A stretch of 64,000 bases of DNA from Antedon mediterranea (GCF_964355755.1 NC_092673.1:26409648-26473647); one strand, 5' to 3'; shown: positions 1-34,976, counted from the first letter of the stretch. Program-made: numbers and translations. The notes: generated by a model not told the origin, from the letters alone.

Positions 1-1
1 T

Positions 2-844
2 TCACTAGGCACATTACTGGCTATTTCTCCTAAACTGAAAACACTTTACATATACAGCTGCAGTCTGTCAGGTGTTATCATAGATGCTATGTTTAGGGAA
101 TGTGTCAATAGGAACTTAGTGTTGGAATTAGATAATCTTAATATCAGTGTGAATACACTCAGTGATATCACAGGTTCTGTACTTGGCACATTACTGGCTA
201 TTTCTCCTAAACTGAAAACACTTAACATGCTCTACTGTAATCTGTCAGGTGTTATCATAGATACTATGGTGAAGGAATGTGTCAATAGGAACGTAGTGTT
301 GGAATTAGATAATCTTGATATCCATGGTAATAATCTCAGTGATATCACAGGTTCTGTACTTGGCACATTACTGGCTATTTCTCCTAAACTGAAAACACTT
401 AACATGAGCAAATGCCATCTGTCAGGTGTAATCATAGATGCTATCGTGAGGGAATGTGTCAATAGGAACCTAGTGTTGGAATTAAATAATCTTAAGATAA
501 GTAAGAATGTTCTCATTGATATCACAGGTTCTATACTTGGCACATTACTGGCTATTTCTCCTAAACTGAAAACACTTAAAATGTACAATTGCAGTCTGTC
601 AGGTGTTATCATAGATGCTATGGTGAGGGAATGTGTCAATAGGAACCTAGTGTTGAAATTAGATCATCTTGAAATCCGCAGGAATAATCTCACTGATATC
701 ACAGGTTCTTCACTAACCACATTACTGACTATTTCTCCTAAACTGAGAAAGTTTGGTATGCGTAAGTGTAAATTACCTAATGATATAGTGCAGGATATGA
801 GGCAACACTTTCAGAGTATAAATGGTAAATTTTCCTATCAATAA
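2..844 (+). CDS. 3' end of ribonuclease-inhibitor-type LRR protein (NLR-like LRR region), paralog 1; 5' part outside window
   Basis: Frame open from base 2 to TAA at 842-844. 177-bp (59-aa) module = 31-aa LxxLxMxxCxL repeat + 28-aa LxxLxIxxNxL repeat; module anchors at 8, 185, 362, 539, 716. C-terminal cap CKLPNDIVQDMRQHFQSINGKFSYQ is shared with paralog 2. Confidence 0.9.
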   Translation, partial: SLGTLLAISPKLKTLYIYSCSLSGVIIDAMFRECVNRNLVLELDNLNISVNTLSDITGSVLGTLLAISPKLKTLNMLYCNLSGVIIDTMVKECVNRNVVLELDNLDIHGNNLSDITGSVLGTLLAISPKLKTLNMSKCHLSGVIIDAIVRECVNRNLVLELNNLKISKNVLIDITGSILGTLLAISPKLKTLKMYNCSLSGVIIDAMVRECVNRNLVLKLDHLEIRRNNLTDITGSSLTTLLTISPKLRKFGMRKCKLPNDIVQDMRQHFQSINGKFSYQ

Positions 845-1367
845 CTGCTATACAGTATTACTAAAGTGCAGCTTAATTTGACATTCATTAAACTGCAGGA
901 TACAGGTAAAGTAGAGGCATTTTCATGTTTGACTTGAGAACATTTAAAAAAATATAAATAGTAAATTACGGATGTGTATTACAGCCAAAAAAAAAAAAAA
1001 TAAACCTCGATATGATAATTCTTGTATATGAAAAATTGATATTTTTTTATACTGATGAGACAATGCCTGATTTTTGTTGTTGGTAGCAATATGCCTCCAT
1101 TGTAACTGTACATAATTTTGATTTATTTACGATAATGTTTGGTTATTTAAAGTTCTTGCATGTCGTTTCTTAATACTGTAATAATGTGAACATTTTATTT
1201 TCCCAAAACTTTTAAACTTAATAAAATCAGGTTGATTTACTTTAATACTAATATTTGTTTGTTATCATAATCTTTGGTAATATAAATATAAATGCTTTAT
1301 TCATTGTGATTAAGTGAATATTATACAAATTATGTTATAATATTTCTAAGCAATATGTCATTATTAT

Positions 1368-1822
1368 ACTGTGCATTTTCAGTCAATAGCATATACTTGT
1401 GTTAATTGGGGCAGGGGGTTGTAAATGAAGTACAGTGGTTGTTACTGTGTATTTTCAGTCAATAGCATATACTTGTGTTAATTGGGGTAGAGGGTTGTAA
1501 ATGAAGTACAGTGGTTGTTACTGTGCATTTTCAGTCAATAGCATATACTTGTGTTAGTTGGGGCAGGGGGTTGTAAATGAAGTACAGTGGTTGTTACTGT
1601 GCATTTTCAGTCAGCATATACTTGTGTTAATTGGGGCAGGGGGGTTGTAAATGAAGTACAGTGGTTGTTACTGTGCATTTTCAGTCAATAGCATATACTT
1701 GTGTTAATTGGGGCAGGGGGGTTGTAAATGAAGTACAGTGGTTGTTACTGTGCATTTTCAGTCAATAGCATATACTTGTGTTAATTGGGGCAGGGGAGCA
1801 TTAAATGAAGTACAGTGGTTAT
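1368..1822. repeat. Minisatellite, ~76-bp unit, ~6 copies
   Basis: ACTGTGCATTTTCAGTCAATAGCATATACTTGTGTTAATTGGGGCAGGGGGTTGTAAATGAAGTACAGTGGTTGTT recurs at ~1368, 1444, 1520, 1596, 1670, 1746. Confidence 0.95.
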
Positions 1823-2230
1823 TAGTATATAAATGTATACAGTATATAAATATGATAATTTATTTTTGTATTAAGTTTTTACAAATAAATACATATTTTA
1901 AATACCATACTCCTTTTTGTAGTGTTTTAAATTATAAATAAATTATAAATAACTAATTTTGGGATTTACTTATTATTTTGTGTCATAGGTGCATTTCGGC
2001 CGCCATACTTTACCAAATAAAAATACATCCCCCTGGGTAAAGATTATGAGTAAAGATGATGGTTAGTAAAGCCGCCCTAACCCTTGCAATCAATAAAGAT
2101 GTAGTAAGTTGTGAATTTAAGAGTTAATAAATCGACAGCCGAAATAATCAGATTCTTTATTTTGTTTTCTTTCTGGCAACAAACTCTAGCAATGCCACAG
2201 TAGGCTTACTTATTTAAAATTCATCAGCTT

Positions 2231-2718
2231 TTCTATTAAATACATGGATGATGGACATCTTATGTTGTGATTGTTACAGATTCTTGTCTATTAAATACAT
2301 GGATGATGGACATCTTATGATGTGATTGTTACAGATTCTTGTCTATTAAATACATGGATGATGGACATTTTATAATGTGATTGTTACAGATTCTTGTCTA
2401 TTAAATACATGGATGATGGACATCTTATGATGTGATTGTTACAGATTCTTGTCTATTAAATACATGGATGATGGACATTTTATAATGTGATTGTTACAGA
2501 TTCTTTTCTATTAAATACATGGATGATGGACATTTTATAATGTGATTGTTACAGATTCTTTTCTATTAAATACATGGATGATGGACATTTTATAATGTGA
2601 TTGTTACAGATTCTTTTCTATTAAATACATGGATGATGGACATTTTATAATGTGATTGTTACAGATTCTTTTCTATTAAATACATGGATGATGGACATTT
2701 TATAAAGTTACACATTCT
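2231..2718. repeat. Minisatellite, 55-bp unit, ~9 copies
   Basis: TCTATTAAATACATGGATGATGGACAT(C/T)TTAT(G/A)ATGTGATTGTTACAGATTCTT(G/T) repeated at 55-bp spacing. Confidence 0.95.
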
Positions 2719-3001
2719 TTTTAAAAAATAATTTTAATGATGGGGAAAAATGGGAATCTATTTCAAAAAAAAAAAATAATGAAGAAATACTACCACAACT
2801 GTACAATGTTTTATGAAAGTACAAATAATATTATAAAAGATATATTATCCCCCTAAAAAAAAAATTTTTTTTACAATTTGTTGTTGAATATTATGCCATT
2901 TTAATGTCACATAATAGTTATTCACCTTCACCAAAAACTGGATCGAAAAATTAATAATTCCCCCCCCCCCCCCCCCGATAAACGTCTCATAAAGAGATAC
3001 G

Positions 3002-3194
3002 ATTGGACAACATCAAGCAAGGGTGTTCAATGACGTCATTCCAGAAAGGGGAATTCCCATTTCCAGCGCTCTTTTACTACCATGACGCTGACCTGGTAGT
3101 GTTGGTGGTAACAAACGAGGAAATCAGGACCGCCGCCATGTTGATTCAACTTGTTCTTTTCCCATAAAAAATTCCGAAAGATTTTCAAGTATGT
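3002..3194 (+). promoter_or_regulatory. Putative promoter and non-coding first exon of LRR paralog 2
   Basis: ATTGG (reverse CCAAT) 3002-3006; perfect CRE TGACGTCA 3031-3038; perfect kB palindrome GGGAATTCCC 3049-3058; YY1-like CCGCCATGTT ~3134; donor caa|GTATGT at 3189; matching acceptor ttttcag| at 4895 just before ATG 4900. Confidence 0.6.
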
Positions 3195-4899
3195 ACTATG
3201 TACAACAGGATCCGTACAACAGTATACTTTTAACAACATTGTAACAATTATTTCCCCAACAATTAGCCGCCTAGGCCTGGTAGTACTAGCTAGGTAGGAG
3301 GCCTAGTAACTAATAGTAGTTTAGGGGCTGGGCCTACTAGCGCAGCACAATGATTTACAGTACCTCCAACCGGTGGGAAGTCTCCACTGAGTACTGCTTG
3401 CTTGGCCCTGGAATGTCTTGTGGTTCACTAAACTCGTAGCCCACTCTGACACTAGGTTTAAGTTAGGTAGTAACTCACTAAATAGTAGTGTAGATGTACA
3501 CTAATTCCAATTAGTTCAATTGATCTGTTTTTATATTTAATCTCACCTATAATTTGTATAATTATTTATTTTACTTACAATCCATGAATGATTTAATTCT
3601 CATTCTACTGTGACATTTCATTGATAGGGCCATAATATAATGTATATGTAGACCTACTCCTATTTATATGAATGTAATTTTGTTTCATGCGATGTTGAAG
3701 CTAGATGCTGTGTACTGAAAAGTGACACAAAAATGAAATATTAAAATTATAGGCCTATTCATAATTAATAAAAGTCTGTCAGATTTTTAATTAAATTTAA
3801 AACCTGTCGGATATAAGTTATACAGTAGGGTAAAAAGGACAAAAACCCATTCTAAAATAAATTAAGCAAAAGAAATGGATACATTGATGTAAAATGTAAT
3901 AGTGAACAAATTTTTACATTAGTTTAAAAGATTAAAGCCAAGGCAGGCATTTTTTTTTTAAATTTAACTGTTTGTTTACCTTGTATTTTATAAGCAAAAT
4001 CATTATTGTCATAATTTTTTTGTTGGGAAAAAGTGACTATTAACTATAAAATGACATGATTGAAAGTTTGGTTTTACGCCGTGGTTAGGATTCCGGCACC
4101 GGAACTCAACTGCCCAGCGTTAGGGAATCCGACACGCTATTGCGAATGCCCAGAGCGAGGTGATCGGCGACTCTATACTCTACACACAGACTAGCATACA
4201 ATACACTATCTTTGCTAACAGCGATGGATCATTAATAGCTGCGCCACGGCGAACTAGCCTAGCCCATTCATATATAAACTTGAGATAATTATGAATTATA
4301 ATTACATGACTAGTTTTATGATTTTCAAGTACAAAATAAAAAATTTCATATAGCGCATTATACTGTAATAACATGCACTCGTATACAAGTTGATTTGTTG
4401 ACGGCAGCCGCCGCACGGATATGATGTGAAAAAAACAGAACTCAGTGTTCGGGAAGTCGGGGTCGCAACGCTATGCTATATTCACTTTTTCTTGCGTAGG
4501 CCTGTGTTTTTCTGCCGTTCCGAACTTCATACTTCCTCTGTCTAATAAAATTACAGCATTACGATTCTTAGATAGATACTGATTCTTATCAATATCATAA
4601 TAATTATTTTAGGGGCGGTACCAGTTTAGAAAAAAAGTCTTGTCCAAGGCAGTGGTGATGCCAGGATCTTCCCGACACTGGGGATAAAGTCAGCAAAGTT
4701 TATTAAGTAGCAATTAAGAAGTAATAAGCTACCAGTGTTAGGCACTTGGAAAAATTGATTGAATTTTGTTGGAATTTTAAGTTGCAACAGGTGTAGATTC
4801 GTACTGCTACTACTGTACTACAATAAAACAGCTTAATTTATTTATTAATGTTTCAGTGTTAAAATGTATAGATGATAATATTTGTTATTTTTCAGGAAA

Positions 4900-7673
4900 A
4901 TGGCATCTCTTGAAAGGAATGATGAGTTTGATGACTTAAAGGCTGAACTTGGTAAACACTATAAAGTTGAAAATTATGATATGTTGAAATTCTGCCTATT
5001 GAATATCCTGCCTCACGGAGATATTAAACCAAACTTTATAGCGAATGATATATTTAATGCACTTATTCAGATATTTTACCCTATTCTGAGTACATAGTCA
5101 AGTAATTCTATGGTGGGATTTCAACCCACGACCTCCAAATCACCACCCTGGCATTCTCTAAATGAGCTTGCGGTTATGGAATTGTATTACTACTGCTTAC
5201 CTATCTATACCATTTTTTATTCTCTATTATAGATAAAAATTTGTTCACATTTTCTCTTATTTTATACTAGATGCATCAGAAGATCCAGTTAAAGCAAAGA
5301 AACCAAGAAAATCAAGAAAGAGTAAGTATACTGTAACCATGAAGTGTGTGAAAGTGAATTTTTTCTGGGATCTGAGTCTTTTTAAATTTAACTAGAAAAT
5401 TATCAGAAGCAGCAGTAATCTTCAGCAACAATTATTCAATCTAAACCCAAGCTTGAAAAACACTGAACACACCATTTAGTGAAACCGATGAGAAAATTGG
5501 AATAAAAGGGACATATTAAAGAATTAAAGTTAATTTGTAGTAGTTTCTCTTGTTTTATTAGAGGAGTCAGAAGATCAAGTTAAAGCAAAGAAACCAAGAA
5601 AATCAACAAAGAGTAAGACAGACAATAAATCATGTATTTTAATTTAAAATGAAAAACATGTAAACAAAAATTATTATACATAATCTGATATTTTATTTCG
5701 TTGATAGAGACAACATTAAGAGATTATGTAAGAGAAATGTTTGCAGAGAAAAAATGTTCGGTTAAAAAAGATTCTGAGAAATCACCAAAAGAAATGGAAC
5801 TATTTAAAGGTAATTAAAAATAGTAAATCATAGTAGTAGTAATAATAGTAACATTTATTGTTATTATTATATATTGTTTAGAAATAATAGAAAATTAAAT
5901 GTTTTTATTCATATTTTGCTTTTTTTTAAATAAAATAACCTTTAATTACAGAATATGATTATAAATTCTATACATCTAAAAATTAATACACTTTAAGAAA
6001 TGTGTGTTTATATTTTTTAAACCTAAAATAGTTGTGCACATTTTACAATTTTTGTTTTTTTTTACATTATTTCAAAAATGATTTATTAATTTATGCTGTG
6101 TATATCTTAAGCAATAAAGAAACTTTTAATATTGTAAAAGTTGACATAAATCTGGTAAATATATAAATTGCTGCTCACCCATTGTCTGGTTCAACCATGT
6201 CTTATTAATATAAAATTACTTCCTTTTACAGGTATTGATGATAGTGAACCCTCAACTTCACATCAACAGCTACCAAGTCAAGATACAATGAGAGATGAAC
6301 ATGCTGTAGATGAGATATGTAACTCTTTAAAAAGATTTTGCACTTACATGAGACGTGGGAAGAGTTTAAAAACAGATCGGGATATCATAAAGATGATAAG
6401 TAGTATGAATCGGAAAGAAGAAAAATGGAAACACAGTAAAAGGTGGGAATGGATTCAACAGAAATCAGACGACATTGGTAGAATGCTAGCTCATATTATT
6501 ATTGCTGTAAAAGATGAAAAGTATGTGTTATCTAAAATCAGTCAATCATGTACTGATGATGTGGTGAAAGGTCTGTCTACCGAATGTAGTAAATACACTT
6601 TTAGATATAGTATTGAAGGTTTTTCTTTGGTTAAGCCTCATATTTATATTTCTACATCATTTTTAATCCACTTTTTGGTTAATGCACCAAGACTTAAAAG
6701 TCTTAATTTAAGTGGAGCAACAAATGCAAATATGAATGATATTGTTAGTGTACTATCGCAGAAATGTTTAGTGTTGGCATTAGATAATCTTGATATCAGT
6801 GAGAATAATCTCAGTGATATCACATGTTCATCACTTGGCACATTACTTGCTATTTTTCCTAAATTAAAAACACTTGACATGTACAAATGCGATCTGTCAG
6901 GTGTTATCATAGATGCTATGGTCAGGGAATGTGTCAATAGGAACCTAATGTTGGAATTAGATAATCTTAATATCAGTGAAAATAATCTCAATGATATCAC
7001 TGGTTCTTCACTTGCCACATTACTGGCTATTACTCCTAAACTGAAAACACTTAACATAAGCTCCTGCAGTATGTCAGGTGTTATAATAGATGCTATGGTT
7101 AAGGAATGTGTCAATAGGAACCTAGTGTTGGAATTAGATAATCTGAATATCATTGGGAATAAACTCAATGATATCACAGGTTCTGTACTTGGCACATTAC
7201 TGGCTATTTCTCCTAAACTGAAAAATCTTGACATGAATTACTGCAGTCTGTCAGGTGTTATCATAGGTGCTATGGTGAGGGAATGTGTTAATAGGAACCT
7301 AGTGTTGGAATTAGATAATCTTTATATCCGTGGGAATACTCTCAGTGATATCACAGGTTCTGTACTTGGCACATTACTGGCTATTTCTCCTAAACTGAAA
7401 AATCTTGACATGAATTACTGCCGTCTGTCAGGTGTTGTCATAGATGCTATGGTGAGGGAATGTGTCAATAGGAACCTAGTGTTGGAATTAGATAATCTTG
7501 ATATCAGTGGGAATACTCTCACTGATATTACAGGTTCTTCACTAACCACATTACTGGCTATATCTCCTAAACTGAAAAAGCTTGATATGCGTAAGTGTAA
7601 ATTACCTAATGATGTAGTGCAGGATATGACTCAACACTTCCAGACTATAGATGGTGTATTTTCCTATAAATAA
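4900..7673 (+). CDS. Death-fold(DED)-like / basic linker / LRR protein, paralog 2 (NLR-related, no NACHT visible; first coding exon possibly truncated)
   Basis: Exons: 4900-~5089 (MASLERNDEFDDLKAELGKHY..MLKFCLLNILP..DIFNAL; weak donor GTACAT at 5090, otherwise stop at 5095-5097), 5271-5321, 5562-5612, 5708-5809, 6232-7673. All downstream junctions are phase 1 GT-AG and keep the frame into an array of ~11 LRR strands with the same 177-bp module as paralog 1. Confidence 0.75.
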
Positions 7674-8130
7674 CTGTTATACAGTAGTTATTAGAGTGCA
7701 GTTTAATTTGACATTCGTTACAACTGCATGATACAGGTACTTAAAGGCATTTTCATTTTTAACTTGAGAATATTTTTAAAAATATAAATTGTAAATTGCA
7801 GCCAAAAAAAGCAAAAATGAACTAGATAAGTTGCAAATATTACAGTTTTATATTTGAATTTAATTTATTATTTGTAAGTATTATACAATGTTATATTTGT
7901 TATTCATTCTATGGCACAGTACTTTCTGTATGTTTAATTTACTTTCAAAAAATCTTTAAAACATTAACGTTTTACAGATTTTATTAGCAATTTAAACAAC
8001 TTACTTTTGTTATGCTCAATATTTTTTTCTCCTTCGTTTTGACTTATATTATTAATTGTTTATTGTTTTATACCTTTTTTTCTTTTATGTATTTCTGCAT
8101 ATTTGTATTGTCATAGTTGTTGTTTTTGTC

Positions 8131-8200
8131 ATAATAATAATAATAATAAACAATATTTATATAGCGCCTAATGGATCACTGACCCCTCTAGGTGCTTTAC
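8131..8200 (-). mobile_element. 3' tail fragment of a LINE/SINE retroposon
   Basis: Minus strand reads ...GGCGCTATATAAATATTGTTTATT(ATT)n, a typical L2/CR1-type tail ending in a short tandem repeat. Confidence 0.4.
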
Positions 8201-8667
8201 ATTAGACTTTAACTAATGGTAATAACCTATCCCCCGCCGGACACCATTCCGGTATTTCTTGAAAATGAAAATAGTCAACAAGTTGTTGAACTATATATGA
8301 GGTAATTGTAAAAAGTAAAAAAAAAAAGTACTATAGACCTATAAATTAAATTAAATAACTTAAATGATTTAAAAAGTTAAATACATATTAAAATTACAAC
8401 AAAACATTATTGCAAGCTGTCATCTATTTTATTTTTATAAAAATCAGTGTGTGGTGTGATTGAAGGTTGGCGAGTATAGGCACTGCTCTTGATGTAAGAA
8501 AAGTTTTACTTTGTTTTTGCAAGCTATTACATGTTCAGCGACACGCGAGTACAGATTCAGGATAAAAAATCTTGCAAGAGAGGTGTATAAAATAAAAACA
8601 CTTTTAAGCCTAGTACATTCTTTGTTGATTGTATTAAATAACAAACAAATAAACAGCTTGTGTTGTG

Positions 8668-10155
8668 TTTTATTAGGTTATATGCATGATATGCATATAA
8701 CCTCTTGATTCTGTCAAAATCTTTATTTATTTATTTATTTATTTATTTATTCTTTCCTTAGCACTATTTTGTCCGTGCATTATCTTGGCATCAGTTTAAT
8801 CTAGCTAAGTCAAGTTTTCAGAGTATATTCCTCATGGCCAGGAATCGATGTGGTTATATTTTCACGATGCGTAATCAAAAATTACGCGGTCTACGCGCGA
8901 TTTTACGAAATCACGTTTGTAATCATATCTTCACAAGCATGAATCACAATTAAACAAAATTTGGTACTCATAAATTTCAGGTCATATTTCATCATATGGC
9001 AATAAAATTACGTGCGTAGCGCATATAACGCTTGCGTACGCGCGCTTAAAATGTTTAAAATTGTCAAAATTTATTTTCGATGAAATTAGAGTACGTTTCA
9101 GGCAATTTTAAGCGTTTAAAAAAATGCCATGAGTGCGCAGATTTTTGCACGCGCACTGCGCGTTAAACGTTAATGCGCACTCTTTTTGCCCGATTTCTGA
9201 TTTACAATCTTTCTTTAATAATATCATCATATTTGATTCAGGTTTCAACTCGAAATTGCGTTATACGAGCACGTCAAAAGTGACTGGCTACGCACGTATA
9301 AGTTAACAAAATGGTGAAAATATGCTAAATTTTAAAATTAATATATATCGTCAGAATGCAGGGGAACACCTATTTTTTATTTCATTTTCTTGAAGTGTAT
9401 GTATCATATGTATGATTTATTATCAAATAAAGAGAACAAAAGTTGATTAAGTCATCATTAATTGCATATTAAATTAAAAAAAAATAATTTCGACAATCAA
9501 ACAAATTATGACATTTTCTTAGGCCAAAATAACAAACTTAACATTAACTTTCTTCCTTCAAAAATTCATATATTAAAGTTAAAAGTATGTAGTTTGACAG
9601 TGCATCATTTGTATACATTTTAAAGATGTCATCATAGTAAAAAATTATAATTCATTTCGTTATGTAATAATCTATTTGCATCAAAGTGGTTACTGCATAG
9701 TAAATACACAAAGGAATTTTTCTACAACTTTTAGTCAGTTGTGTACGGCTCGGTGGTCTGTGCTCGTGTCTATGGCATTCAAGGTACCGAGATCGAGTCT
9801 CACCTTGGGAAACGAAATAAGATTTTTTTTTATTATCCGTATTGTTTGTTCAAATTTATTTCTTAGTGTATAGATTATACACATGATTTATAATGAAATC
9901 TAGATAAAAATTAACTTATGTCTTTATTATTATGTAACAACAAATGTGGTTTATGACATTATACGCATATGGATCTTTGATCGGATTGTGATACCGGCTA
10001 TGGTGTTCGCGTTAGCAAGGTCCTATCATATATTATAAATAATTAAAGATTCTGAGGAAATCAATCAATCAATATATCTTTTAAAAATCAATTATCTTTA
10101 TTTAAATCAATGCATATAACCTATAATTCGTCATAGTGACGAATTAAATCTAGTT
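8668..10155 (+). mobile_element. Non-autonomous Helentron-associated (HINE/DINE-1-like) element
   Basis: 5' T-run, subterminal IR TAGGTTATATGCAT 8674-8687 with an adjacent inverted copy 8691-8703, then a (TTTA)n microsatellite; 3' subTIR ATGCATATAACCTA 10110-10123, hairpin TAATTCGTCA-tag-TGACGAATTA 10124-10146, ending CTAG-TTTT. Confidence 0.75.
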
Positions 10156-10372
10156 TTATATTATTATTATTATTATGATTTCATTTCTTTTATATTCCAG
10201 TCATGATGAAATCAACCAACTTTACTCTTTTTTAAACTTTCATAGAGGCGCGCCTAGATAGAATAATTTATATAATAAAAAAAAACTCTATTTAGATTTA
10301 TTATTTATGAAATAATATAGTAAATGACTTTAGGTTCATTCAATTAAAAAAAAACCACAGAAAAAAAAAATT

Positions 10373-10445
10373 TGGAAGACCCGGGCATTGATCCCGGTAC
10401 CTCTCACATGCTAAGCGAGCGCTCTACCATTTGAGCTAGTCCCCC
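10373..10445 (-). tRNA. tRNA-Ala(AGC)
   Basis: GGGGGACTAGCTCAAATGGTAGAGCGCTCGCTTAGCATGTGAGAGGTACCGGGATCAATGCCCGGGTCTTCCA: 73 nt, full cloverleaf, G3:U70 alanine identity pair, AGC anticodon, T10 Pol III terminator 2 nt downstream (10361-10370). Confidence 0.95.
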
Positions 10446-10879
10446 ACTGATGAATTAAGAAGTGGTTATTATATCATATATTGTATACTGTAAAAATAAT
10501 TTTCATCTGCAAAAATATTGTTTTGTATTTGGGCACTCAATTGTAAAATCTGATTTTTAAGTAAGTTAATGTTGATTAGTAAATTATATTTGATTGACCA
10601 GCCTAGGGGGAGCCGCCGGCTCAAATTGACGAGACACAAAGCGCGTACTCTCCATTTTAGAAACGTCGAATATATAGATAGGGGTTATAAGTAAAGTAGG
10701 AAACAATTTAGTGAATTATAAATTATAGTTTATTACAAAAGTACATTTTTTTAAATTAAAAAAACATATTTTAATATTATATATTGTAATTTGTAATGTG
10801 TAACAACAAAATCTAAGTAAATTAAAATATTATTACATTGATATGTCTATTTAGTGTTTGGAATATTCCACACTAATGG

Positions 10880-10895
10880 AGCGCGCCATTTTGGT
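10880..10895 (+). promoter_or_regulatory. YY1-type motif near the SMC3 transcription start
   Basis: CGCCATTTT at 10884-10892, ~130 bp upstream of the ATG; typical of housekeeping promoters. Confidence 0.5.
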
Positions 10896-11016
10896 TTTGT
10901 GCGAAAGTAGCGACGAAGAATTGAAAAGTGTGTTTTGATATTTTTCCAAAGAGAATATTGGATTTATGCTCAAAGCTATTTGTTCCAATGCCTTGAAAAC
11001 TGTTTAAATATTAACA

Positions 11017-34626
<23,610 letters not shown>

Positions 34627-34976
34627 TTGTAGCGCCCTCGTAGTCAGCTCACCGAAGACACTATACTGCAAGTCTGTAGTTATGTTAGTTAGTATGTTGC
34701 CTTATTTAGCTTGTGTATGGATAAAAGGCTATTCCAATGCATAGGCATAATGGTTCTAAATTTTCTAGAATAGATTGTTTCAAGATGTTAATTTAATGTA
34801 AATGTTGGATGTAGAACAACATTACTTGAAGGCTAATTGGGTTGGATTAATGTTTTGAATAATGTTCAAGTTCTAGGACCTGTATGTAACACAATTGAAT
34901 GTCTTTTTTTATAGCACAGTTCCAATACTATATTGTACATTAATGTATTGTTTGAAGGTTTGCATGGCGAAATCAA

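Noticed and set aside
4073-4530. CpG-rich segment in the presumed first intron of LRR paralog 2
   Set aside because: Probably a repeat fragment, but no termini, ORF or RNA structure could be supported.
46-7234. Antisense ORFs over the LRR genes (46-228, 232-639, 6644-7234)
   Set aside because: Shadow frames of the repeated 177-bp module; no independent gene structure.
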